A DNA stretch of 64,000 nucleotides from an uncultured Gammaproteobacteria bacterium (GTDB lineage Bacteria > Pseudomonadota > Gammaproteobacteria > JAURND01), in the NCBI GenBank assembly GCA_963714975.1, contig CAVQQD010000003.1, positions 32,001 to 96,000 on the forward strand, in the 5' to 3' direction. Made by a program: the position numbers and the translations under genes. The notes under the pieces are model-generated. The model was not told the DNA's origin and made no database searches. It was given only the letters and a program-made list of their open reading frames with translations. Shown here in pieces: positions 20,809 to 29,811 of this stretch. Every line of letters begins with the position of its first letter. Position 1 is the first letter of the stretch.

Positions 20809-21958
20809 AAAAAGTATTTATTATGATCCCTGGGTTTTGTTCAGTGCCACAATGCTGTTAGGTTTAGGTTTAGTGATGGTGGCCTCTTCCTCGATTGTAA
20901 TTTCCGATCAATCCTACAATTACCCCTTTCATTATTTGTTGAGGCAAGCGCTTTATTTGTGTTTAGGACTAATTTTAGGGCTAGGGGCCACGCGGCTGCC
21001 ACTCGCTTTTTGGCAAAGAATGAGTGGTTATCTATTATTGCTGAGTAGTTTATTGCTTATATTAGTACTGATCCCAGGAATTGGTCATGAAGTGAATGGC
21101 AGTATGCGCTGGATTATTTGGGGACCTTTTTCTTTGCAGGTTTCTGAGGTGGTGAAGTTTGGAGTGATTGTTTATTTGGCCGGTTATCTGGTGCGGCGCG
21201 AAGATGAAGTGCAAACCCGGATTCGTGGTTTCATTAAGCCACTATTGGTATTGTTTTTGTTAGCATTATTATTACTCCAAGAACCCGATTTTGGCGCTAC
21301 GGTAGTTATAGTGGCAACCGCATTAGCAATGCTGTTTGTGGCCGGGGTTCGATTATGGCAATTTATCTTTTTGTTAGCATTAGCGCTCTGCTCATTGGGA
21401 ATGCTAGCCATTTCGGTGCCTTATCGCTTGCTGCGCTTAACAACTTTTCTGCACCCCTGGGCCAATCCCTTTGATACGGGTTATCAACTTACGCAGTCGC
21501 TGATTGCTTTCGGGCGGGGTGGAATTGTTGGCGTCGGCTTGGGAAATAGTGTGCAAAAATTGTTTTATCTGCCAGAAGCGCATACGGATTTTCTCTTTGC
21601 CGTCTTGGGTGAAGAATTGGGTTTACTGGGGCAATTGGCCGTGGTATTGCTGTTTGGGATCTTGATTGGTCGCGCTTTTTTAATTAGTTATCGTGCTTAC
21701 CGCAACGGTCATTTATTTGGCGCCTATTTAGGTTGGGGTTTAAGCTTGTGCCTGGGCTTGCAGGTGATGATCAATATGGGGGTAAATTTAGGAATTTTGC
21801 CCACGAAAGGGCTGACTTTACCTTTAATGAGTTATGGCGGCACGAGTTTGTGGCTCAATTGTGTCGTATTGGGATTATTGCTGCGTTTGGCTTATGAATC
21901 TCGTTATAAAAACATTGACCTTCCTTCAATAGAACGACGAGGATTTGTCGTCACGTAA
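20795..21958 (+). CDS. ftsW: Peptidoglycan glycosyltransferase FtsW
   Basis: QVSE, EPDFG, YLPEAHTDF, PTKGLTLPLMSYGG. Confidence 0.95.
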   Translation: MKLRKKSIYYDPWVLFSATMLLGLGLVMVASSSIVISDQSYNYPFHYLLRQALYLCLGLILGLGATRLPLAFWQRMSGYLLLLSSLLLILVLIPGIGHEVNGSMRWIIWGPFSLQVSEVVKFGVIVYLAGYLVRREDEVQTRIRGFIKPLLVLFLLALLLLQEPDFGATVVIVATALAMLFVAGVRLWQFIFLLALALCSLGMLAISVPYRLLRLTTFLHPWANPFDTGYQLTQSLIAFGRGGIVGVGLGNSVQKLFYLPEAHTDFLFAVLGEELGLLGQLAVVLLFGILIGRAFLISYRAYRNGHLFGAYLGWGLSLCLGLQVMINMGVNLGILPTKGLTLPLMSYGGTSLWLNCVVLGLLLRLAYESRYKNIDLPSIERRGFVVT

Positions 21959-21993
21959 GGCTCGCCGTCTCGTTGGGCCCTACGGGACGACAA
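21945..21993. repeat. Imperfect hairpin overlapping the ftsW stop
   Basis: ttgtcgtcacgtaagg...ccctacgggacgacaa. Confidence 0.55.
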
Positions 21994-22005
21994 GCGGGAA
22001 ATTTT

Positions 22006-23067
22006 ATGAAAATCTTAATCGTATCCGGTGGCACCGGTGGGCATATTATCCCAGCCTTAGCAGTTGCCCGGGCCTTATTGGCGCGGGGGATCCAAGTGCA
22101 CTGGCTGGGTTCGCAGCAAGGCCTCGAGCAGAAACTCGTGGTTGCTGCAGGCATTCCGTTGCATAGCATTTCGGTGCAAGGCGTGCGTGGCAAGGGACTC
22201 AAAGGTTTGTTGTTAGCTCCGTGGCGAATGCTGCGGGCTAGTTTCGAAGCAAGCAGAATTATGCGCAGAGAAAAGCCCTCTCTGGTGATGGGTTTTGGTG
22301 GATTTGTCAGCGCACCCGGGGGGGTGGCTGCAAAATTATTGCGCATCCCTCTAGTGATCCAAGAGCAAAATGCGCTTGCGGGCATGACCAATCGTTACTT
22401 AGCACCCTGGTCCAAGTTGATTTTCCAAGCTTTTCCTGACACGTTTGCCGCGCGTTATCATCCGCTGACCACGGGCAATCCGGTACGGGCTGAAATTTGC
22501 CAGATCCCTCCACCAGAACAACGTTATCAGCAACGTGAAGGTTCTCTACGAGTATTAATCTTAGGCGGGAGCCAGGGTGCTTTGGTTCTGAATCAAATAG
22601 TGGCAGAAGCATTGTCCTTGCTACCACCCGCCCAACAGCCACGAATTTGGCATATGACCGGAACCAAAGCGGTAGCAGAAGTGACGGAATTTTATCAGGT
22701 GCGGGGAATCGATGCTAAAGTGGCCGAATTTATTGATGACATGGCTAGTGCTTATGCCTGGGCTGACCTGGTGATTAGTCGAGCGGGCGCATTAACAGTC
22801 TCTGAACTGGCGGTAGCAGGAGTCCCGAGTATTTTAATTCCATTTCCTCATGCCGTAGATGATCATCAAACGAAAAATGCTAATTACTTGGTGGCTGCCG
22901 GTGCAGCAGTGTTATTACCCCAATCTTTATTAAGTGTCGCCAGCTTAATGACACTACTGACAGAATTGACTGATCGTCAGCGCCTGTTGCAAATGGCCCA
23001 AGCAGCGCGGCAATTTGGGAAGCCACAAGCAACAGAGGAGATTCTTAGCAAAATTTTAGGGCTGTAA
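22006..23067 (+). CDS. murG: Lipid II GlcNAc transferase
   Basis: GGTGGH, EQNA, GNPVR, GGSQGA, SRAGALT, DDHQ. Confidence 0.95.
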   Translation: MKILIVSGGTGGHIIPALAVARALLARGIQVHWLGSQQGLEQKLVVAAGIPLHSISVQGVRGKGLKGLLLAPWRMLRASFEASRIMRREKPSLVMGFGGFVSAPGGVAAKLLRIPLVIQEQNALAGMTNRYLAPWSKLIFQAFPDTFAARYHPLTTGNPVRAEICQIPPPEQRYQQREGSLRVLILGGSQGALVLNQIVAEALSLLPPAQQPRIWHMTGTKAVAEVTEFYQVRGIDAKVAEFIDDMASAYAWADLVISRAGALTVSELAVAGVPSILIPFPHAVDDHQTKNANYLVAAGAAVLLPQSLLSVASLMTLLTELTDRQRLLQMAQAARQFGKPQATEEILSKILGL

Positions 23068-23074
23068 AGCCTAT

Positions 23075-23390
23075 CCTTCTCCCCTTGTGGGCTATCCGAT
23101 GCACACAACAAATCGCGGTCAGCAATTTCGCTGAAGCCTTGCTCCCCGACGGGTCCTGCCGCTGCGGCACCCCACCAAAATCCTCCTACCCCTTTTACAA
23201 AGGGGTAGGAGGATTTTGGATTTCTGTCGGGGTCCCCGCCTCCACGTCACCCGCCGGTCTAATGACAGAGCAGCGAGAATTGCTGCTTTTTGTATTGATC
23301 TCATTGACCCCCAATAAGGCTTCAGCGGGAATTGCTGACCGAATGTATGCATCGGATAGAGCTCCCACCAGGGGAGAGGCAAAATCATGG
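23075..23390. repeat. Nested composite palindromic element (families A, B, C)
   Basis: Concentric inverted arms; see findings. Confidence 0.75.
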
Positions 23391-23393
23391 TTG

Positions 23394-23575
23394 AACCTAG
23401 ATTCGGCAGTAGAAACCTACTGCGAGGGCTTAATACATTGAATCTCTCGCTTATTTTTATATTTTTTTCTTTCACCGTACGGGTGAGTACGCCTTCAAGA
23501 AAAAAATTTAAAAATAATCAAGATCTTCAACGTCTTAATCCCTCTCGCTACGGTTTCTACTGCCGAATCTAGGTT
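23394..23575. mobile_element. 182-bp MITE with 24-bp perfect TIRs
   Basis: aacctagattcggcagtagaaacc ... ggtttctactgccgaatctaggtt. Confidence 0.8.
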
Positions 23576-23592
23576 GAATGGTTACAGAATAT

Positions 23593-25629
23593 TTACATCT
23601 GTGCACAGCCCACCACATTTACTTTTTGTACTTCTTGGTTAGAAGAATTTTGCGAACTCCCCTGGATCAAAGGTTTTTTGAAAAAGTCGGTGTTGACAGG
23701 GCTGGGTGCTTCATTTTTGAATGCAGGTGGCTGGATGGAGCCTACTGTTTTTATAAGCTCTCCTATATCATTGCTAAGTGTCGCAAAAATTGGTTGATAC
23801 GCTTTTATCGACTCTTTTTCTTTTGCTTCTTTTTGTCGAGCTTTATCCTTACTGAAGCTGCAATACATACGATTACCGGTGCAAGATAAAGCGTCAGCAA
23901 CAAAACGTTCTAATTCTATCAGATCCTCTTCATTTTTTATCCCGCCAGCTTTGTTTAAAATGCTTAATAATGATCCATGAAACTGTTGTGGTCTTTCAGA
24001 TAGTCGCAGTGAATCTAAAGTATGAGCCAAGGTGAATATTAAATGTAAGTATTTTTGCTCAATACGCGTGGGGGTATAGCTGGGATCGCCTGAGCGTTCA
24101 AATGCCTCCAGGAATTCATCGATAGTTAGCGGGTAAAAAAGGTCCTTGAGGGCGGTATTTTTACCCTTTGCTTCTGGAGCCGTACCTTCTACCACGCTCG
24201 TTCCATACTTTTTTACATTTTGTGTAGCAGCTTGCTTATATTCTTTATACTTTTGCGCATTATCCCAAAAACCTAAGCCACTCTTCCTGCCAGTTTGGGT
24301 AAACAACATGGTCTTCTGCAGCCAATTCCTCTGTGCGGCTGTCAATGATTGACAAAATTGTTGTAACTTCGCCTCTTTGGCGTTGGCTGCTAAAAAATCA
24401 ATGACATGAGGCACATAAGATGCACAGCGTACGGCATTGACGATCCCATTATTATGTCTCTGGACTTCACTCTCATTCAATTTTAGCGGCTTATCATCAT
24501 GTTGATTTTTCCAGGAAACGTTATCATCATAGGGTTTGCTTAGGTATTCCTTGTTTACAAATTCTGCTACAGCCTGCATAGGAATCTGCGTGCCATCTCT
24601 TGTTGCCTCAGTATCAGTTAAAAAGGGAGATTTTATTTCTTCTGGTAGTAGAACATCGGATGATTGCGTTTTTGTTTTGCTTTCTGCTAAATCTTTTCGA
24701 TAGGGGATGGTAATTTTATTAGGTTTTATCTCGATTGTAATTTTACTAGGATCTTTGATTTTATTAGGATCTGTACAACGCTCATTAAGTGGCATCTCAT
24801 ACCGATATTGCACAGTAAAAAATTCATGTTGTGCAGCATCAAGAGGCCACTTCGTTCCTTTGTGGTCTAGCACAATACTGTCTCTGACCTTGTCCAAATA
24901 TGTCTTATTATCATCAAAAAAAAAGATTCTCGTAGGTTCTTTAGCCGCAGCTAACTCTTTGTGTTCGGCAAAAAGTCGTTTTAACAAGGCGGGTAGTATA
25001 TTCTGTTTCAAACCATCTTTTGTTACATTATAGGGAACGGTAAATTTTTCTTTTTGCTCGATTTGCCCGCGTCCCTCCTGCCAATGCTTCTCATAGCCTG
25101 GATCCGTTATTGCTACGGTATCTAATGCGTCAATCAGTTTATTTGCTCGCTCTATAGTAAAGCCTGTAGCTAAATTATTCGTTGTATCAGGAAAAGTAAC
25201 AGGAAAAAATGTCCACCCCATTTCCTTGCAAAACTTTGGTAGTTCTACAAAGCTTCGACCATTGGGTATATTGTTGGACATTTTCACCACCTCATCTTCA
25301 CCCGTTTGTCTATTCGAACCCGTTATCACTATTACCTTAGTACCAGCTGTTAGTTGCTTGAAAAACTCAATCAATTCTGGTCGGCGGGCAGCGAGCCATT
25401 GCTTTGCCACATCCTTGTCCATTAATGCAAATTTTTTGGTTAGAACCTCTAGCCGCTCTTCCCAATAGGGAGATTCGTTCAATTGTTCATAACATAATGG
25501 AGCATCCATACAACAGTCCCAATCAAGGAATAATATGGAGTAGCTATCAGCTGACTGGTCTGAAGAGGTAGTTGATGATGAAGAGATTGAAGAGTTGCTG
25601 GATAATTGAACTAGTTGTTTTTCTAACAT
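23593..25629 (-). CDS. Candidate effector: HAD-like N-terminal domain plus SidE-PDE-like C-terminal domain
   Basis: AGGAG RBS; ILFLDWD, ITGSNR, FFFDD; YLSKPY, RHNNGIVNAVR, TGRKS, AHTLDSLR. Confidence 0.65.
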   Translation of the reverse strand: MLEKQLVQLSSNSSISSSSTTSSDQSADSYSILFLDWDCCMDAPLCYEQLNESPYWEERLEVLTKKFALMDKDVAKQWLAARRPELIEFFKQLTAGTKVIVITGSNRQTGEDEVVKMSNNIPNGRSFVELPKFCKEMGWTFFPVTFPDTTNNLATGFTIERANKLIDALDTVAITDPGYEKHWQEGRGQIEQKEKFTVPYNVTKDGLKQNILPALLKRLFAEHKELAAAKEPTRIFFFDDNKTYLDKVRDSIVLDHKGTKWPLDAAQHEFFTVQYRYEMPLNERCTDPNKIKDPSKITIEIKPNKITIPYRKDLAESKTKTQSSDVLLPEEIKSPFLTDTEATRDGTQIPMQAVAEFVNKEYLSKPYDDNVSWKNQHDDKPLKLNESEVQRHNNGIVNAVRCASYVPHVIDFLAANAKEAKLQQFCQSLTAAQRNWLQKTMLFTQTGRKSGLGFWDNAQKYKEYKQAATQNVKKYGTSVVEGTAPEAKGKNTALKDLFYPLTIDEFLEAFERSGDPSYTPTRIEQKYLHLIFTLAHTLDSLRLSERPQQFHGSLLSILNKAGGIKNEEDLIELERFVADALSCTGNRMYCSFSKDKARQKEAKEKESIKAYQPIFATLSNDIGELIKTVGSIQPPAFKNEAPSPVNTDFFKKPLIQGSSQNSSNQEVQKVNVVGCAQM

Positions 25630-25785
25630 AATGTGCTCCTATTTTAATATTTAAGAATATTATTCGTTGAGCTTTTTTCTTCCCTACAGTTCCCAGTCCT
25701 GAGTTTGCGAATTAAATTTTTATTAATAGTATCAGGATTTTTTTATACTACTAAGTTTATTTTAAGTTTTTGTGTAACTCCCCAA

Positions 25786-25868
25786 GTGTCATCCCAAGCG
25801 AAGGTGTCATCCCGAGCGAAGGTGTCATCCCGAGCGAAGGTGTCATCCCGAGTGAAGCGAGGGAGCTC
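25786..25868. repeat. Four tandem 18-bp repeats (family D)
   Basis: gtgtcatcccgagcgaag x4 with minor variants, no spacers. Confidence 0.9.
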
Positions 25869-25927
25869 ATGAATGTGGCAAAGCGTACAGTAAAAAATAA
25901 GGGCATTGTTGCATAAATCAGGATTCG

Positions 25928-26518
25928 TCATTGCGAGGAGCGCGCTTTTAAGGATAGGCACTGCAAATCCTCCCAGGCTTTGCGCTTATGAATGGGTTCA
26001 GCCAGCAAAACCAGAGGGTGGTAAGTAATCAGGGTAGGGAGATTATTAATGGTATGCCAATTCTGCGCACGTAAACTATCTAACTCTTCCGTCGATTCGA
26101 GTATCTGTTGGGCTAAATTCAAGCCCATGATCATTTGCCATTGTGGGTGCGAATCTCCCTTGCTACAGAAGTCTCCCCTATCTCTTAAATCCCCCCTGCC
26201 CCCCTTTTCCAAAAGGGGGGGTAACGAATAATTTCCCTTTGGAAAAGGGGGGCAGGGGGGATTTAAAAAATAAGGAGGATTTCGATCTAAATGAATCGCG
26301 GCCAACATAGCATCCAGCAATTGCAACATCTTAGCTTCCTGTGCTGGCTCCATAGGGCTCATTTCTAGCCACAATGCACCAACACCCTGGCGTTGTCGAT
26401 TATTTAAGGTGAAAATCTGATAATTAATTACCTGTTTCGCGCCAGCCAGAGCTTGGCGTTCTCGCCATAAAGGAATGCCCATCATTTTTAAATAGTATTG
26501 AGAAAGACTGCTGTTCAT
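25928..26518 (-). CDS. Degenerate uracil-DNA glycosylase family 4-like / HolD-like protein with palindromic insert
   Basis: YLKMMGIPLW N-terminus; TYHP..LL..P..KRKAWEDL C-terminus; no GEAPG motif; stop supplied by a family D repeat. Confidence 0.65.
   Translation of the reverse strand: MNSSLSQYYLKMMGIPLWRERQALAGAKQVINYQIFTLNNRQRQGVGALWLEMSPMEPAQEAKMLQLLDAMLAAIHLDRNPPYFLNPPCPPFPKGNYSLPPLLEKGGRGDLRDRGDFCSKGDSHPQWQMIMGLNLAQQILESTEELDSLRAQNWHTINNLPTLITYHPLVLLAEPIHKRKAWEDLQCLSLKARSSQ
26185..26266. repeat. Family C palindrome (29-bp perfect arms) in frame in the UDG-like gene
   Basis: ttaaatcccccctgccccccttttccaaa ... tttggaaaaggggggcaggggggatttaa. Confidence 0.85.
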
Positions 26519-26569
26519 TAATCAATGCTCATGAGTATAATGTCCGTTCTAAAATTAATAGGAGATGTT

Positions 26570-27832
26570 ATGGCTGATTTTACTGCTAAGTTAAACTTTA
26601 ATGGAAACGATACAGATTTGCCAGTCCATTCAGGGTCGTTAGGCCCCCGGGGTATTGATGTCAGCGCGCTTAGAAATCAAAATATATTTACTTACGACCC
26701 AGGGCTGTTGTCTACCGCGGCATGTGAATCGGCAATAACTTATATCGATGGTGACGCTGGCACTTTATTGTATCGTGGTTACCCTATTGCTGACCTAGCA
26801 GAGCACTGTGATTTTCTCGAAGTGGCTTTTTTGCTTTTCTTCGGGGAACTTCCTCAGCCGGCAGAAAAAAGCCAATTTATCCAGGAAATTGCCTCAGAGC
26901 ACGCGGTCGACTCTTCTACTTCAGCAGTGCTTTCAGCTTTTAGCAAAGATTCCCATCCCATGGCTATGCTACTGAGTTTAATGGGAGCTTTAGCCGGTTT
27001 TTACCCGGATAGAGCCAAAGATCCAGAAAGCCAAAAATTAGCAAGTTATCGAATTGTAGCCAAGATGCCGACCTTGGTGGCTACGACCTATCGGCACGCG
27101 CAGGGCCAGCCTTATTTGTCGCCCCGAGATGATTTAAATTATGCCGAAAACTTTATGTATCAGGTGTTTGCGGCTGCAGAAAAGGATGCTCCCAATCCGC
27201 TATTAGCACGAGCTTTGGATAAAATATTAATTCTTCACGCCGATCATGAGCAAAATGCTTCCACCACCACGGTCCGTACTAGTGGTTCCACCGGAGCAAA
27301 TCCCTATGCCTGTATTGCATCTGGCATCGCTGCTTTATGGGGGCCGGCACATGGCGGCGCCAATGAGGCCTGTCTGAGGATGCTGCAAGAAATAGGCAGT
27401 GAAGCTAATATCGGGCGCTATGTGGCTCGGGCGAAAGATAAAAATGATCCATTCCGTTTAATGGGCTTTGGCCATCGCGTCTATAAAAATTATGATCCTC
27501 GGGCCAAGGTCATGCGCGCCACCTGCCATGAAGTATTGGAAGAAACTGGAGTTAAAGATAGTCCGCTATTTAAGCTGGCGATGGCGCTGGAAAAAATCGC
27601 TTTAGAAGATGAGTACTTTGTGGAAAGAAAGCTTTATCCCAATGTGGATTTTTACTCTGGAGTGACCCTCAGTGCGCTTGGCTTCCCTCCTCTGATGTTT
27701 ACCGCGATTTTTGCTTTAGCTCGTACCGTGGGCTGGATGGCGCAGTGGATGGAATTATTGAGCGACCCTAATTACAAGCTGGTACGACCCCGCCAGTTGT
27801 ATACTGGGGCGGTGGAGAGGAACGTTGTCTGA
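26570..27832 (+). CDS. gltA: Citrate synthase (type II)
   Basis: [52 protein letters not shown]. Confidence 0.97.
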   Translation: MADFTAKLNFNGNDTDLPVHSGSLGPRGIDVSALRNQNIFTYDPGLLSTAACESAITYIDGDAGTLLYRGYPIADLAEHCDFLEVAFLLFFGELPQPAEKSQFIQEIASEHAVDSSTSAVLSAFSKDSHPMAMLLSLMGALAGFYPDRAKDPESQKLASYRIVAKMPTLVATTYRHAQGQPYLSPRDDLNYAENFMYQVFAAAEKDAPNPLLARALDKILILHADHEQNASTTTVRTSGSTGANPYACIASGIAALWGPAHGGANEACLRMLQEIGSEANIGRYVARAKDKNDPFRLMGFGHRVYKNYDPRAKVMRATCHEVLEETGVKDSPLFKLAMALEKIALEDEYFVERKLYPNVDFYSGVTLSALGFPPLMFTAIFALARTVGWMAQWMELLSDPNYKLVRPRQLYTGAVERNVV

Positions 27833-27846
27833 TTGCATAACCTGCT

Positions 27847-27946
27847 TTAGTGCTCAACTTATCCAAGGCGGATAGGTAGAGCACTAACACAGAAAAATTG
27901 TGTTAGTGCTCTACCTATCATATAATGATAGTACGAACACTAACGC
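27847..27946. promoter_or_regulatory. Overlapping inverted repeats upstream of ATPase gene
   Basis: Hairpin 27847-27887; perfect 21-bp IR 27871-27919; TATAAT in loop of 27900-27946. Confidence 0.65.
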
Positions 27947-27958
27947 AAGGTCTGAAGT

Positions 27959-29431
27959 ATGGTTACTAGTCTTGTTGGGCGAGATGAAGAAATTTCTACA
28001 TTGCAACGTCTTTTGGATTCAAATAAGCCGGAATTTTTGGCACTTTATGGCCGTAGGCGAGTGGGCAAAACATACTTGATTCGTCAGTTTTTTGAAAAAA
28101 AAGAGGTAATTTTCTTCAATGTAACCGGCTCTAAAAAAGGGTCACGATTGAATCAATTAAAGCATTTTACCCAGCAAATTGGGAAAGTATTTTATGGTGG
28201 TGTATCTCTTGCTGTTCCTAAAAGTTGGGATGACGCATTTGATGTTTTAACAGAAGCCATTAATAAGCAAGAAAAAAATAAAAAAATTATATTATTCTTT
28301 GATGAGTTACCTTGGATGGCGACTAAAAAATCGATGCTTTTACAGGGATTGGATTATTATTGGAATCAGTTTTGGTCTAATGATCAAAGAGTAAAGCTTA
28401 TTATTTGTGGCTCTAGTGCTTCTTGGATCATTCATAAAGTTATCAACAACAAAGGAGGATTACATAATCGAATTACGCGAAAAATTTTTTTAGAGCCCTT
28501 TACGCTTTCTGAAACACGAAAATTTTTAGAGAATCAAAAAATCCAGCTTAATAACCAACAAATTTTAATGATTTATATGGTTACGGGTGGAGTCCCTTAT
28601 TATTTATCTTATATTGAAAAAGGGTGGTCGGCGGCACAGATTATTGAGAAACTTGCATTTACTCAAAAGAGTGTTTTATTGGAAGAATTCGATAATTTAT
28701 TTTCCTCATTATTTGATCATTCGGAGATCTATATTCAATTAATAAAGGTTATTGCTAATCGACGGTATGGCATTGGGCAGCGTGAATTACTACAAAACAT
28801 TGGTACTGCGGCAATGGGTAGTATGGGTATCAATGCACTTAGGGAACTGGAAGAAACTGGTTTTATTATAAGCTTCATACCCCATTTCCATAAAAGGCAA
28901 GGTATTTATTATCGTTTAATTGACGAATATACTTATTTTTATCTCAAATGGATTGAACCCATTAAAAATACATTACAGAGAAAATCATTAGACAAAGGAA
29001 ATTGGCAAGCTATACAAAAAACACCCGAATGGCATAATTGGTTAGGATATGCTTTTGAAGCTGTGTGCTATAAACATATTTCGGTTATTCGAAAAGCACT
29101 TTCAATCAGCCCAGATGCAGTTGCTAATTCATGGCGTTATGTTCCGCGTAAGGATGAAAAATGGCGTGGCGCACAGATTGATTTATTGTTTGAGCGTAAA
29201 GACGATGCTATCACACTCTGTGAAATAAAATATAGTGACGAACCTTTTACCATCACTAAAGAATATGTAGAAAAGTTGAAGCGTAAAATAAATGTTTTTA
29301 AAGAACAAACCCGAACTAAAAAACAATTATTTCTTGCTTTTATTTCTGCTAATGGACTAAAAAATAACTATTATTCTGAAGAAATGGTTAACGGTATAGT
29401 TACTTTAGATGATTTTTTTACGGATAAATAA
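27959..29431 (+). CDS. ATPase (ATPase_2/DUF234-like) with C-terminal PD-(D/E)XK nuclease domain
   Basis: VGRDEE, YGRRRVGKT, FFDELPW, ICGS, GGVPYY, QIDLL...CEIK. Confidence 0.88.
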   Translation: MVTSLVGRDEEISTLQRLLDSNKPEFLALYGRRRVGKTYLIRQFFEKKEVIFFNVTGSKKGSRLNQLKHFTQQIGKVFYGGVSLAVPKSWDDAFDVLTEAINKQEKNKKIILFFDELPWMATKKSMLLQGLDYYWNQFWSNDQRVKLIICGSSASWIIHKVINNKGGLHNRITRKIFLEPFTLSETRKFLENQKIQLNNQQILMIYMVTGGVPYYLSYIEKGWSAAQIIEKLAFTQKSVLLEEFDNLFSSLFDHSEIYIQLIKVIANRRYGIGQRELLQNIGTAAMGSMGINALRELEETGFIISFIPHFHKRQGIYYRLIDEYTYFYLKWIEPIKNTLQRKSLDKGNWQAIQKTPEWHNWLGYAFEAVCYKHISVIRKALSISPDAVANSWRYVPRKDEKWRGAQIDLLFERKDDAITLCEIKYSDEPFTITKEYVEKLKRKINVFKEQTRTKKQLFLAFISANGLKNNYYSEEMVNGIVTLDDFFTDK

Positions 29432-29439
29432 ATAAAAGG

Positions 29440-29469
29440 ACCGTGGGCTGGATGGCGCAGTGGATGGAA
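29440..29469 (+). repeat. 30-bp exact copy of gltA 27725-27754
   Basis: accgtgggctggatggcgcagtggatggaa. Confidence 0.9.
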
Positions 29470-29518
29470 AAAGCCAGATTAGTCCCGTTACCATGCTCCG
29501 TCAAAACATGATTTCTAA
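29469..29518 (-). pseudogene. 50-bp relic of a third giant-protein paralog
   Basis: Reads RNHVLTEHGNGTNLAF versus RNHVLTEHKGSNANLAF in the giant ORFs. Confidence 0.7.
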
Positions 29519-29723
29519 ATATGGACCCTCCATCTTTGTGCGTAAAAATCCTTCTCCCCTTGTGGGAGAAGGTGCCCGAAAGGGCGGATGAGGGGTAAAC
29601 TTGGAATCAGCAAGGAGCATTTTATTAGCTAAATGCTAACTGCTGCTTACCCCTCACCCGCGCGCCTTACGGCGCGGCGGCCTCCCCCACAAGGGGAGAG
29701 GCAAAATCGTCGTGAATGGTTAC
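29519..29723 (+). mobile_element. MITE-1 copy (left TIR missing)
   Basis: Near-identical to 50045-50264; family A arms inside; ends gtgaatggttac. Confidence 0.85.
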
Positions 29724-29754
29724 GCTAATTTTTTCGGCAGGGATTGATTCAAAA

Positions 29755-29808
29755 CCGAATTTTCATTGAAAATCCTTGACTAACACCGGATTTTCATTGA
29801 AAATCCGG
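29755..29808 (+). promoter_or_regulatory. Tandem palindromic operators flanking a TTGACT -35-like hexamer
   Basis: ccgaattttcattgaaaatcc-ttgactaaca-ccggattttcattgaaaatccgg. Confidence 0.6.
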
Positions 29809-29811
29809 CAT

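Noticed and set aside
23085-23889. Short ORFs 23085, 23119, 23387, 23578
   Set aside because: They are translations of nested repeats or antisense to the 678-aa gene.
25720-25780. PmrA box for the HAD/PDE gene
   Set aside because: Only a weak match (cTTAAAATA-aa-cTTAGTAGT) without a correctly spaced -10.
25786-25868. CRISPR array
   Set aside because: 18-bp units are contiguous with no spacers and no cas genes; a tandem REP-like repeat.
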